A stretch of DNA of 64,000 nucleotides from the human T2T-CHM13v2.0 reference genome, Homo sapiens. A program made the position numbers and the translations under genes. Shown in pieces: positions 1 to 14,156 of this stretch (within the stretch, counting starts at the first letter, position 1; the number at the start of each line of letters is the position of its first letter). The stretch is from the NCBI RefSeq assembly GCF_009914755.1, contig NC_060933.1. One strand, given 5' to 3'. The notes beneath the pieces were generated by a model, which was not told where the DNA came from, ran no database searches, and saw only the letters and a list, made by a program, of their open reading frames with translations.

Positions 1-2877
1 GAAATATTTGTCTGTAGTTTTTGCTACTTTATAAAATATTACAAAGGAATACAGAGGTGGGCCAAAACCTCAAACTTAATTGAAACTCTCTAGTGTTGTC
101 TGACAAATTAAGATTGTAAGTCACTTTATTATATAGCGTCTGGTCATGTGGTATATCATCAATGCCAATTATTTCTTTTTTCTTTAAAAACTACAATCAC
201 TACATATACACAGTTCCTGCACTCCTAAGTAAGAGGTTTTGTTATACATAGAAGTAAGCAAGTTTAATGTACTCATTTCCTAAGAAATAAGAGAATTGTC
301 AATGTTAATGTTATCCAAAAACGTGTTCTTAATGCTCAGTTTGTACCTATCATTAAAATTTAATATAATCTAACACAATTATCATCAATGGGATGCAGGT
401 GTTGGATAATTATATTAGTATCAACACGACAGTCAAATTAAGATTTCTTCCCATGTGATGGAGTTCTGATAAATATCAATTCATTGGTTTACTGAATCCT
501 GAAGATCAAAAGGCCCTGCATATGGCACTAATAAATCAAATAGAGTCATCAAATCTACAGTCTGTTTTCTTTGGCTAAAACTGCAAAGTTTTACTTACAG
601 AGACTGATCTACTTCTAAAAATTCTCTGCCAAACCAAATTTGACTCACTAAGTGTACAGAAAATATAGCACTCCCCAGCCGCACCCTCCTGGGGCTTCTG
701 AAGTCCAGAGACACTGTTATGTGGTGGTCTAGATTATCTGGTCTTTCCCTCTTCTTTGCCTTTTTAGATCTCATAATCAACTAAAAATTCTTGCAGAAAA
801 GTAAAAAGTTACCTCTAGACTCAGACTGAAAAGTTACAAAATATTTTTATTTATTAATAAATCCTACCATAAGTAAAGGTACTTAATAAAAATCTCTAAC
901 CGATTAACATACACACTGAAAATAATAAAGGGGTCTACAATACTTTTTCCTGAGTCTATTTAAATATCGGTAAGAACTCCTAAAGCTGGAAATTCTACTC
1001 AGGTATTTATAGTATAATTAGTCACGTTCTGATAAACTGACCCTAAACTTTGTGTGACAGTAGTATTATTTGAAAGAGAAGGGGCTACGGAAAGATAATG
1101 TAAGCAATATCCCAGGAAAAAATCCCACTTCCAGTTGATTTACTTAAGGAGACTACTCTGATAAACCATCTGTTCCATGATATTTTGAATCTCGAAGAAA
1201 ATGTACAAATGAATGGTAGGATTATGGTGCTTTTTATTTTCTTCTTTATAAAACAATTCTGTACCTTTCAAAAATTTTTACAATAATTATGTTTGAAATA
1301 TATGAATAAAAATAACAAAATGTCTGTTTTTGGTTCAATCGAGAACATCCTAAAGCAATAAGAAATACTTTTCCAAGTCCAAAAAGATTTTAGAAAGACT
1401 TAATAATTTGTCCTAAAATGTTAAAATCTCAGCTGAAAATTTTGGCTGACACCACTCCCACTCCCAAGTCACAACATTTAAAAATGTCTCCAGATAGTGC
1501 CCAATGGGGTGGGGTAGGGGAGACACTATCCTAGGATAATGTTTTCTCAAGAAGTTACCTACAAGAGTCTCATATAATTATATACCACTAATTGACAGAT
1601 GATTCCATTTTAATAATGTTCTAATCTTAAGACCATTATGAAATGATACTTTTGGTCTGATAAGATCCATTTCAATGGTCTCTCTCTAGCATTGATGCTA
1701 AGGTGTATTCTGAAGTAAACTGCAATCTGCCTTCTGAGATATTTGTGTTGCATCTCTCCCTTTAGTGAAGAGGACAATCACTCCACTCTGGTTCTGGTGA
1801 GACAGCCCTGTTGTCCCTTAGGTTGAAACTGAATTCCCATTTCCAATGGGCACTGCCATTTCTGTATTTCATATACAGAACATGTAGAGATGCCGTGCCA
1901 TTTGGTTAACAGGGTCCAAAAAGTACCATGTGAAAGCACATACTTTACATAATGTTATCTGAAATGAAAAAGAGTTTGCAATTAGAGTAAGTAAATACAA
2001 GAATGGTGTTACCAGTCAGTTTATGTTTAGGGCAAGTGTTGTTCTGTGCCTGAAGTGGCACAAAATAATGTTTCAAGGAGAGTTTCCAAGGCACAGCATG
2101 TTGAAGAGTAAGGAGAAGGGTCATTCATTCAAATACCTCTCTGGTCAGCAGTCCCAAGCCTACTACCTCAGAAGCCAATAAACCCAAAGTCTGACAAGTT
2201 AGCCTCTGAATTATGTGTGGCTTTTCCTTCGTGGCTGTAGCTTTGCTAAAGAAAGACCAACAAGGAGTTGATCTGGCTCCTGTCATCAAGCTTTGTTTGG
2301 AGGCCCAGTCGCTGGAGTAATGAACATTGCAGAATTGGATAAAGCCTATTGACAGAAGCTTTCAGCTGTCACAGTCATCACTGGAAGTGACAGACTCCAT
2401 CCCATGGATGCCCCAAACTCCTATTCTAAAGATGTGCTGGAATGAGACAGCCAAGTGAATATGTGACTACATCAAATATTCTAGACCCCAAAAAATTCTC
2501 AGTAAGAAATGCTAACCGGATTTTATGGCCATTAGTATTGGCCAGTCTGCTCCTATGGTAAAAACCAGGCTATTTTCTGGATATATATATAACATTCTGA
2601 ACTAAACCTAGATAATAATAAGTTATAGGCCTGCTATTACTATTTTATCCAGATATCCACTGCTCTCCAATATAGAAATTATTATTCTAATTGTCTTAAT
2701 GTATTAAGTTGACTTTTCATATCCTTTTCATACCTGGTAAAATTCTACTATTCTACTTTTTGCTTTGTGTGTAAGTTATCTAAATGTTTGTATTAGCCAC
2801 TTTTCCCTGCAGTCACACTAGCCAAAGATAAAGATGAGGACAGAAAATACGTCTTTCTTACTTCGGATCCTCTATAG

Positions 2878-3109
2878 CAAGAGTTGGCAGGCTTTTCCTA
2901 TAAAAGACTGAATAGTAAATGTTTTAGCCTTCACAGGCTGTTCAGTCTCTGTCAGAGCTATTCCAGAGCTCCTCAACTCTACTCTTGTAGCATGAAAGCA
3001 GTCGCAGACAGTATGTAAACAAGTGGCATGGCTGTGTTCAATAAAACTTTATTTACAAAAACAAGCAGTGTACCAGATTTGGTTCACAGGCTGTTTTTGC
3101 TGATCCCTG
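2878..3109. mobile_element. MER58A-like hAT-Charlie MITE
   Basis: Termini caagagttggca...tgctgatccctg, internal gcatggctgtgttcaataaaactttatttacaaaaaca, and an imperfect 8-bp TSD ctctatag/ctccatgg. Confidence 0.8.
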
Positions 3110-4090
3110 CTCCATGGGTACTTAGTACAGCAATATCACACTTAAAGATGTTAGGGATTTGGTGAACTTTGTTACATCAGATTTCTCTGATTTAGTTTAT
3201 CCTATTACTGGTCTATTTTTGTTTGAAAACACAATTTTGGCTTTTTTGTTTTTGCGGTCGTGGAGGGGAAGCTTAACTCCTTCACTAGCTATGCAGTTTT
3301 CCATTCCTTAAAGACACTCTGTCCTATGGCAGCTAAACAATTTTATCCTGCAAAATAGCAGTGTTCTGACCTTGTTGTCCAAGTTTCTCAGAGTTACTGT
3401 GGAAGACACAATTGTGATATATTATCCTGAAGAGTGAGTTTTCATGCCAATTATATTGTTGAATGTATACAAATGAAAGTCTCATCAATAAAATATAATA
3501 AATTACTCTCTACCAGATAGTTCCTTTGATATGGCAACATCTTAGAAAAGGCAGTTTGAGAAAAGTTACAAACAGAATTCTCAAGCCACCACAGGAAGGC
3601 TATCTAAAGGTCACTCGTTTAGCAAATGCAACTCATTGTTTCAAAAATTCAGGTATTTTAAATGGATAAGTTTTAAATATCTGGAAGTTCCAGTTCTATA
3701 AACAGAAATACAGGCAGGACTGGCTCATTCAGGAGGGCAGCGGAGAGTGGGGGTTAACATCACAATTGCCCCCCAAAAATACCTAATCAAATGAAACAAT
3801 CACCTGTGCTTTATGGCCAATTTGATGTTTATGAAGATCAGTATTTTGATTATTACCTAGATGAAATTTTTCACACTAGACTCTGTAACCAAATTGATTC
3901 TTGCATAGACCTCAAAACAAAAAGGAAGATCAAGTATTGATTTAGAAAATATGTACTTGTTTCTTTTGAACACTTATTCTAATAAACAACAAAACTAAAC
4001 CATTAGCTAAAAAGTAAAATCAAAGGTTGAAGAAATTTGAAGATGACAGTAGAATTTGTCCTTTTTTGTTTATAAAGAAAGCTATTCTCT

Positions 4091-4383
<293 letters not shown>

Positions 4384-4824
4384 CTATTCTCCAAAAGAAT
4401 CTCCCATTAAAAAACAATAATAAGGTAATTGTCAAAAACAAAGAATAAACAGGAAGAAAGGAAAAAAAAACCACCATGATTCCAAAAGATGGGATCCTTC
4501 AAGACAGTTTCTCACGAAAGTTATATGCCAGCATATTGGGAAAAAGAGTGATGTCACCAAGAATAAGAATGTGGGTGAGACCATATAGTTTATCTTGTTT
4601 TTTTGTGTGTGGTGAAAATATTGGTAATAACTGACCTAACGTGACATTCCAGTGGGGAGAAAAACAACCATCTCCCTCAACATATATCAGAATTCTTTCA
4701 GCCTTCTCAAGATGCTCTGAAGAGAAATAGAAAATTACATGAACAAGAATGTCAGAAACTGCAAATGCTGCAGTAGGATCAGAAAGTAATGTTTCATCAG
4801 TAACATATTATGTAAAAAAACACT

Positions 4825-5275
4825 GAATCCACAAAAACCTGTTTTCAGCCATTCACGGCAGCATTATTCACAGCAGCCAAAAGGTGAAAACAATCCAAGT
4901 GTCCATCAGCCAATGAACAGAAAGGCAAATTGTGGTATATCCACACAATGGAATATTACTCAGACATAAAAACTAATGAAGTTCTGGTACATGGTACAAC
5001 ATAAGTAAGTCCTGGAAATACAATACTAAGTGAAAGATGCCAAGCACAAAACATCACATATTATATGATTCCATTCATATCAATTGTCTAGAACAGGCAA
5101 CTGTACAGATAGAAAGTAGATTACTGGTTGCCTGTGATTGCCTAGGGCTAGGGGAGATAAGAGAATTGAGAGTTGATAGCTAAAGGGTATGGGTTTATTT
5201 TGGGGCCAGTGAAATTGTTCCAGTATGTATTGTGGGGATAGCTGCACAATTCTGGAATATACTAAAAACCACTTT
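4825..5275 (+). mobile_element. Old L1 (L1MB/MC-type) 3' end fragment
   Basis: gcagcattattcacagcagccaaaagg...aatccaagtgtccatca...aatggaatattactcag...actaagtgaaagatgcca are typical of the L1 3' region. Confidence 0.8.
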
Positions 5276-5600
5276 AGACCAGGCATGGTGGCTCATGCTT
5301 GTAATCTCAGTGCTTTGGGAGGCCAAGGTGGGAGGACTGCTTGAGGCCAGGAGGTCAAGACCAGCCTGGGTAACACAGTAGAACCCCATCTCTACAAAAA
5401 TTAAAACAAAAAAAAAAGCCACATGTGGTGGCATGTACTTGTTGTCTCAGCTACTCAAGAGGCTAAGGCAGGAGGATCACTTGAACCCAAGAGTTCAAGG
5501 TTACAGTGTGCTACGACCACACCGCTGACTCCAGCCTGGGCAACACAGTGAGACCCCGTCCGGTAAGGGAAGGAAAGGGAAATGAAAAAGGAAGGGAAAG
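5276..5600 (+). mobile_element. AluJ-like element with a purine-rich (GGAA-type) tail, inserted in the L1
   Basis: Dimeric Alu with TSD aaaaccacttta on both sides. Confidence 0.88.
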
Positions 5601-6614
5601 AAAACCACTTTAAATGGGTGAACTGTATTTAAACAAAGTTGCATTTTAAAAGTTACATTGAACATATATTGACAATTGCTCATTAAATTTTTTCTTTTCT
5701 TATTTTGTCCAGTAAGGCAACTTGATTCAGCTCCTATATTTTAAAAGGTTAAAATGTAATTAAGTTATGTATACTTTAGGGCATTGTGTAGTACATTTGG
5801 CCCATCAGATTATTATGGAAGTTCCTAAAATGGAAACGTTATGAGAAGCAACCAAGGGAAGTTAATGATGAGTATGGCGGCAATCTTTCCAATGAACTGA
5901 AGATAAAATATGAAACATTAGCCAAAGAAAATAGTAGTAGATTTGATAGTGTTACATTAAGAAGGACATAAATTAGAAAAATATGTTGAGATATTTGGAG
6001 GAAAAAGTGGTAAGTTTAAATAGAGATCTTAAAAGTAGGATACTAATTTTCCCCGAGATTGTAAATATAGTTAGGGCTTTAAAAGCAAAACTTAAAACTT
6101 TGTTACATAGAATGAGATCTACTACCGAAAAAGAGAAAGTAGCACTAATGTAAAATGAAGATGGATCTACAATTGTATAAAGATCAGATAAAAGCACTGA
6201 TCCCAAAATAATCATAAATTAATTCCTTTGTGTAAAACATCAGCAAATTTTGTACATACAAAAATTGTATGTTATTGAATGCCTACTATGTGTCTAGAAA
6301 TGTCTTAGCACACTGGACAAACAGTGCTCAACAACCCAGATATGATTCCTGACCTTAGAGACTTTGGAGTGTATTTTATTGTTTAAAGTTTAACTGCCTT
6401 TGCTTCAATATTTCACATATACCAAGAACTCTGGCAAATTGACTAACACTCTTCAAATATGAAAACTACAACTTCTCCAAAATACTTACATAAGAGGGAG
6501 CATTAAAGTTTCTTTTTCAAAAGCTGAGTTAGAAGTACAAATTAACATTTGGAGAAACAATTTCCTTCTATAATAGTAAGACAAATCAGATATCTTATAG
6601 ATTAAATTGAGGTG

Positions 6615-6745
6615 TGCCAGGCATGGTGGTGCAAGCCTGTAACCCCAGCTACTCGGGAGGCGGAAGTGAAAATATCACTTGAATCCAGGAGTTCAAGACT
6701 TGCCTAGGCAACATAGTGAAATCCCATCTCATTTTTTGAAAAAAG
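6615..6745 (+). mobile_element. FLAM (free left Alu monomer) inside a minus-strand old L1 3' fragment
   Basis: Monomeric Alu with flanking repeats aaattgaggtgtg/aaattggggtgtg. Confidence 0.8.
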
Positions 6746-8650
6746 GTTAAGTAAGCAAATTGGGGTGTGATTTACATGCTTGCATGTAGTAAAATGCACA
6801 ATCTAGGCATACAGCTCAATTAATTTTATATATTTCTACACCCATGTTACTGCCACCAGATCAAGATACAGAACAGTTCACCTGTTGGCAATTTTGGACA
6901 ACGGTTTGCTAGGTGATTTGCTGGATTTCTTGCTTGGTCCTACCAACTCCCCTGGGGAATTGGGTAGAAAAAAATTTTAAGGCAACTCAATTGACATCAA
7001 TCAATCATTTTGTAGGAATAAAATCACATCTAAGTGACTGATTATCTGTGTTTAGAAAATCCTTGCTAATTTCTAGGACAGGGAAAAGCAGAGGGAAAAA
7101 GAAGAGAAGGAAATGGAACAGGTGCCTGAAGATTGTGATCAACAAGGTAAACAAGATAAGGTAAACAAGGTAGTAACCCAGGGGGAACTGTACTCATTCT
7201 TCCCATATTTATTTTGTAAGGAAGGCTGACAGTATGAGGGAATTATTACTTTAAGGCATGAAACCAGAAAGCCCTCAAGCTAGATCTAATAGGCAACATA
7301 AAGTGAGCCTAGGCGGATCAAAGAGCAGCCTGAAACACAGGGAATCATCATCTCATCTCACCTATCCATCTATTTATTTACTGAATATTTTCATGAGAAA
7401 ATATGCCAGCCTATGTTTATCTGTTCCTGATCCACTTTCCGTATTTACCTCTTGTAAATCTAATGTTATTGCATTTAATATTACTTCCATCAACTACCAT
7501 GTTTTTCCTAAAACAAGACAGGTTTTAAAAATACACAATTCTTTGTCACTATCAAATGTACTTCTCTCAAGCTTAAGTTAGTAGAAGGAAGATGTGTATG
7601 TGATAAATGTCGAACTAGCAGCTAGAAATTATGCAAGTTTGTGAAAGTTAAGGTTTTAGTATGTATCTATGATTTCTCTAATTTTATTTTACTATTAATA
7701 TAATAAAGCCCAGGTGCTACATAAGGTTAAAGACAGAAAACAACTAAAGAAAAAGACAAAACTATATGGAAGTCAATAGGCTTTCTAAGGAGCGTCGTAT
7801 CACTGGCGGCTTGCCACAAGAATCAGCTCACCTTGTCGGTAAGCGGGAACTTCACCGGAAAAATATCCTTCAATTTGCTTATCCGAGGCCTCCTGAGCTC
7901 CCTGAGTTACCAAGAAGCCAAATCTACTGTTAATCAGAACACTCTAAGAAACTTCTAAGAGCACTACTTCCAAAATAAAGATAATTACTATGTGTCTTCC
8001 CAATCTCACTTCCTCAAACCATACCTGGTAATTGTAAGAACCTTCAGGGTCCAGAGATTGCCCTCTGAACTATATTTCTATTTTGTCAGCTCTTTAAAAT
8101 GTGACACCAAACATAAGGCCCAGATGCAGTCTGACGGGAGAAGATGATAGAACTGTAATTTGATATGACTGACATACAATTTTTCTATTAATACAATCTT
8201 AGATTGAAGTAGCTTATATAGAGCTGACAATCTACTAAAATCCCCAAGATCCTCCTCATCTCCATATAAACTGTCTCTAAGGCCCATCTCCCTTTTCCTT
8301 TACTAATCAAAATAATTACTTAATTTTAAATGAAGAAACTTATATTTATCTTTGTTAAATTTCACTTTCTTGGGTTTACCCTAGCATTTCTACTCGATGA
8401 GAATTTTTTTCTTATAATTCTGGGGTTAATGAATACATTATCCCTCCCAGCTTTGGGTTACTGGTGAACACAGCTTCCATATCTTTATGAAATTTGCAAT
8501 AAACATAACAAATAGGACAGGACAAAAGGCAAAGCCCTGTAACCCTCTGCAAGAGATCTCTTTACAGGCTGACATGGACTCTTTAAATGCATTTGTAGAG
8601 TGAGTACAAATCCATCCATCTCAAGAATCACCAGGTCCTCTTCTACCTTA

Positions 8651-8952
<302 letters not shown>

Positions 8953-11900
8953 TGCTGATGAGGATGAGCCATTGCATTCTCTAGTCAACCTTATAAAAAA
9001 TAAAGAAATTAGGATTGTTAGGTATAATAACCAGGTAGGACCTAGTGACAGCCACAGTCTTTTCCAAATGTTCCTTAACTACGTATTTCAAATTCAATTC
9101 CAGAGTTTACTGGGAAACACTATAGGACTTACCAATCGGCAATTTCTGGAATCTGAGGATTTGTCAGGACTACTCATAGAAGATTATGCTCACTTTATCA
9201 CTGGATGCTGATTGTTGCATTTCAAAGGCTAAATGCTCACATTACTCACTTAGAACGCTATCTTTAACTGTAGCACTATATCATCTACAGTAGACCTTGC
9301 TATAAAGATTTCCCTTCGATTTCAAAAATATTCACTGATATAATTAAATACAGGTCTGAATGTTTTAGGTTACATGCTATGAAAAGGTCAGTGCCTGAAG
9401 ACTGTAAATATGTGCAATGCCTCTCTTCTTTACTCCAACAGCTATGCCTTACATAACCACTTTTTATTGCGTGATAAAAGTAATGCTAGTTGACAGAGGA
9501 GAAAAGTCATTATTGGATTTTTTCAATTATGTAGTAATTAGTCATGCATTTTTTAAGTGCCAATCTAACAAGAACAGGTAAAACTATTTTAAGAGCATAG
9601 AAAACTAAGAGTAACAAGAGAAAGTGATAACTGTAACTTGAGATATATTTATAACTAGCATTACCAATTTTTAAACATATATAATAAATTGGTTCTGATT
9701 ATTTGATACTTGTCTTAAAAGTACTTCATCATTGATAAGATTTATCATTCTTGTAAAGCTTCATATCTAAAAAAGATTTACAGTCATTTTAATTATCCTT
9801 CACAACAACTCTTTCAAATCATTCAATGCCACCATCCCTGATTCTGATTCTTTCCATATGAGGAAAATGACTCATATGCAGTTTATAGAATTTTCACCTG
9901 TACAACACAGCAAGGAGCTGGCTGGATTCTCATATAGGCTTCTGGATGCAGGCTGAGACACCAAACACAGACACCCAAAGAAAAAGGTCCAGGGTTGGGG
10001 GGAGCATTGAGGGACAGGTACCTCCTCCAGAATTAGAATGAAGCTTTCGGGTATTTGCCACTTACGGAGGCAGGGAGGCAGAGCAGTTCTTCCGATCTGA
10101 ACACAAAATAAGACACTAGCTGTGCAAAAAGAAGATGAGCCGCAGCTTTAAGAAACCCAGCTATGATTCTTCCTACCTAGACACTGAGCCAATTAGTGAC
10201 CTGGCCCTGAGTTAGAGAATTAACTGTTTAAGGCTACTACAGTGTCTTAGTTCTGATAGTGCAGTAAGGAGGGGGCATTAGGGATGGTGATAAGGTAACT
10301 TAACTCAATATTCCCACTAGGTAAATTTGGGGTCCACAAAGGAGACATCATGTCTGGGTGTACAACTTTACTATCTGGAGGCAAGAACTGATCTACTCAG
10401 AATATGGAACTAGTTGTAACTTCCACCACAGAGATATCACCTTTTCTGGGGGTTACCTTTAGTCACAAAGTGTTAGACACTGGCTGTAAGATACACTTTG
10501 TAACAAACATGGAACGTATTTTTAAACTCTTTCTCAGAAAAGAAAATAAGGAATAAAATGCTGGAGAAACAGTATGGAGAAATAAGGCTTCCACAAAAGA
10601 ATGACATGCCAGTAAACAGGAAATCTTGGCTTATTTCAACTTTTTAAAATGGGCCCATTTAAAAAGCTGTGCCCACCCTCCCCCACCAACTTCTTTTTTG
10701 ATGGAGGGAGGTGTGGGAAGAGGTTTCCGTCCAAGGTGACCCATGTGAGAGAAGAGCAGGTGAAAGAAAGGTCCCACAAGAGTAAGGAAAGGGCGTAATC
10801 TCCCCTATGTTCAATGGTCACCACCTGTGAAGCTAAGCGTCAGAGGAACTAAACCATAGCGTCTCCCAAGGCAACAGATGGAGCAAATGAATTAGTCACT
10901 GCCCTTCCCAGGATGCTAGGCACAAAGCACTTTGGAGGGAAGGTGGTTAAGCAGCGCATCCTGCTGAAACAAACCTGACATCTGCTTAATCTTCTCCCCT
11001 GGCCTCCAACTCCATACTGGGTATTTCAAATGGGTAACAACTTGAAAGCTCCATGTGGACTTCTCTTTCATTATTATTATTTCAAACGCTAAATGTTATC
11101 TACTTAGGATCTTACTTTGGCTTCATGCCCTGGCAGAAGGCAAGATTTTTTAGCTAATAAGGGCCTGGAGGCTTTACAAGACCACAGGAGTTTTCAAAAA
11201 TATTCCTACATATTCATAATAGTCAAATTAATAGATCTGATGCCAGATGTAAAGTGGCATTTTATGTGTAGCTTTAAAAGGTACTAATGGGGTAACTTTT
11301 AAAGCTACTTTAAAACATGCAGCTATGAATCTAATGCAAAACTGTTTTTGCCTTTCATGTTGGCTATGTGTTTACTGCTCTGTAATAAACTCATCAGAAA
11401 AAACTTGGCATCTTTCTCCCTGGATAGATATTTGGCATTCAGGAAAGAAATTTAGGTTAAACACCTTTTAGCTGTCCTTTCAGTAATAATTAAAAGCTTT
11501 TCCTTTGACTTAGTGACATGGTTCACAACCACATATAATGAAAGCAACATAAATCTTTCCTGTGTGGTACATTACATGCCCTCCGATAGATTAAAACATG
11601 CCAGCCAAGTCTGCACTTTTATAGGCTTTAAGCTGTTGAAGAGCCAACAAAAGTACTGATGGCAGAGCATCAGGTAAACAGGATGAAGGAAACCATCGGT
11701 AACAACTGTACTGTAGAATTTTCTGAATGCAGGATCCTGTGTTCAGGACAGCATAGGCTTGTTCTTGGAGAAAGCAGAATCCCTACCTTTAAATTCCCAG
11801 TTCTATTCAGTAGACAAGATGAAGCATAAAGGCAAAAGTTAACTAATACATACGAATACAGCATCTATAATGGCAATGTCACCTCATGAACAGAAACTAT

Positions 11901-13878
11901 CAACTAAAAGGATAAAATGCCTACTATAAACCATATTTTCAGGGTTTTTTTTTTAAGAGAAAGTCATCTCTTTTAACATCTTGTGAGTAGCACTTTAAAC
12001 TTTGGGAACTCTTTTACACATATAGTCCCCCTAACAATATGTGAAGTAAGGCATGGAAAGAAGGAAAGAGGGAAGACAGAAGGAAACTAGAAATATTCAG
12101 GTTCTACTGGAATTTACAGACTACCAACTATGTGCCAGGTACTTTTTACTACCCTTTGATTCACACAATTTTGTGAGCTATTATTCACATATCAGAGATT
12201 ATAAAATTAAGATTCAAAGTTGTTAATAAGTATTTTGCCCCAGATCACAGAGCTAGTTAAACTGTCAGACCTGGGGCCCTTTCCCAGGTCTCAAGAGTCT
12301 TTCTGGGGTGTTAGTTTTTCAATTGGTTTATAAAACACAGTTTGTGTTCCTCACCAAAATATGGACAATCTGCTTGCCTGGGCCCAAAGTGCTATGGTTC
12401 CAAGCAGATTCCTGCACCACCTGGCATATATTTACAGGAGCACACAAGTTCAGAAGGGAAATGTTGGTGGGCGTAGATGCCGTCAAAGCTGACAGAATCT
12501 ACAAACTCATCTAGAAAGAAATGCATGCAGGAAGTGAGGTATGTATGACACTGTCATTGATAAAATGGAATAATGGAAGAAAGAAAAGGCAACAAAGGGT
12601 GTTGTTGCTGGAGTAAGGCTTATCCTAACTCAAAAATCAAGGAAAAAAGAACCACAATCCAAGGTGAGGCACAATCAAGATTTCTGGCTAGTGGAGATCT
12701 GTCAGGTGAAAGATGCTAGAACTAGTTAAACACATACACACACTTTAAATATTTTGCTTTAACTGAAAATTTATAAATACACATTAATCAACCAATCCTT
12801 TGATGCAGAATCAAGCAGTTTTCAGTGGGGTCTGAAAAATCTTTCTTAGATAAATCACACTCAATGCATTATCTACGATCATCATTTATGAGCAAGAAGC
12901 CAGAGACTTGTATAGCTGTTAGAACGCAGGAGTCCTTCTAGAGTCTGATAATTTTTTCTGCCTTGGTGTTTTATACCTTATTTGAAAGCATATTTTTTCA
13001 AGGGATTCCCCATCAGGTTTCAACTTAGTTTTCATAGAAACAATTGCTTTTTGTACATTATTGGTTTCTAAAACATTTAATTAACATAATTAGAAGAACA
13101 ACTGATACATATCTTTGGGAACAACTACATTGGCTTCTCAGTGAGTATAACGTTCAACTTTTGGGAGCAGAAGTACACAGTATAAGCTAGCACCCACCAG
13201 CGATTGGCAAGAGTGAGTATGCTTTTCAGGCGATTGGAGAGAATTGTTATCAGTGCAGGCTCATTACTTGAGCTTCTTTTGACTGCGGAACATGTAGGGC
13301 CCTATAAAAGCTGGGTAGAAAGGCAGCTCTGCAGGACCCATCAGCATGCAAATTACAACTTAGGGGATCTCCAGAAGTGAATACAGGAGGCAACCCATCA
13401 ATCTATATTTACCTAAGTTTTAGGGTGTCTTAATAAGGTTTCAAAGTACATGTGCTGAGGCTATGCCTTTCCTTAAGAAAACAGAAGGTTGTGATAACAT
13501 CTTCCTTTCTAAAATGATGACTGCTGTCTTTAGAGTTCATTTTTTTTCTCTTAATAATCTCAGCATCCCACAGTGATAAATTATATTTGGGTATAATTTT
13601 TGTCTCATAGATGTAATGGCTCTTTTAAAACCACTCTTAGAAATGCTACAGTGTATCCAATGAATATAATTAAATATATATGTATTTCCAAATACAAGTG
13701 CCAACAAAGACACAACTAAGACCCTAATTTTTAGGGGAACTAACTTCATCTTCCACATCTTGTTTCTGTCACTATGCTAGTGTTCAATATAACTCTCTTT
13801 CACAATACTTGCCCCTTTTAGTTAGAAACTTATATCTTTTGCATTTTTTCATTCATTCTTCTGCATATACAATGAATA

Positions 13879-14156
13879 TTTTTAATTTTTAATTTTTTTT
13901 TATTTTTAGACAGGGTCTCACTCAGGCTGGAGTGCAGTGTTACAAGGACAGCTCATGCAGTCTTGAACTCCTAGGCTCAAGTAATCCCTCACCTCAGTCT
14001 CTCGAGCAGCTGGTGTGTGCCACCACACTCAGCTTATTTTTTAGTTTTTTTAGAGTCTCCCTTTGTTGTCCAGGCTGGTGTCAAACGGCTGGCTTCAAGC
14101 AGTCCTCCTGCCTCAGCTTCCCAAATGTTGGGATTACAGGCATGAGCTACATGGCT
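13879..14156 (-). mobile_element. AluJ, diverged and internally deleted
   Basis: T tail, gacagggtctcactcaggctggagtgcagtg...ttgggattacaggcatgagc. Confidence 0.85.
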
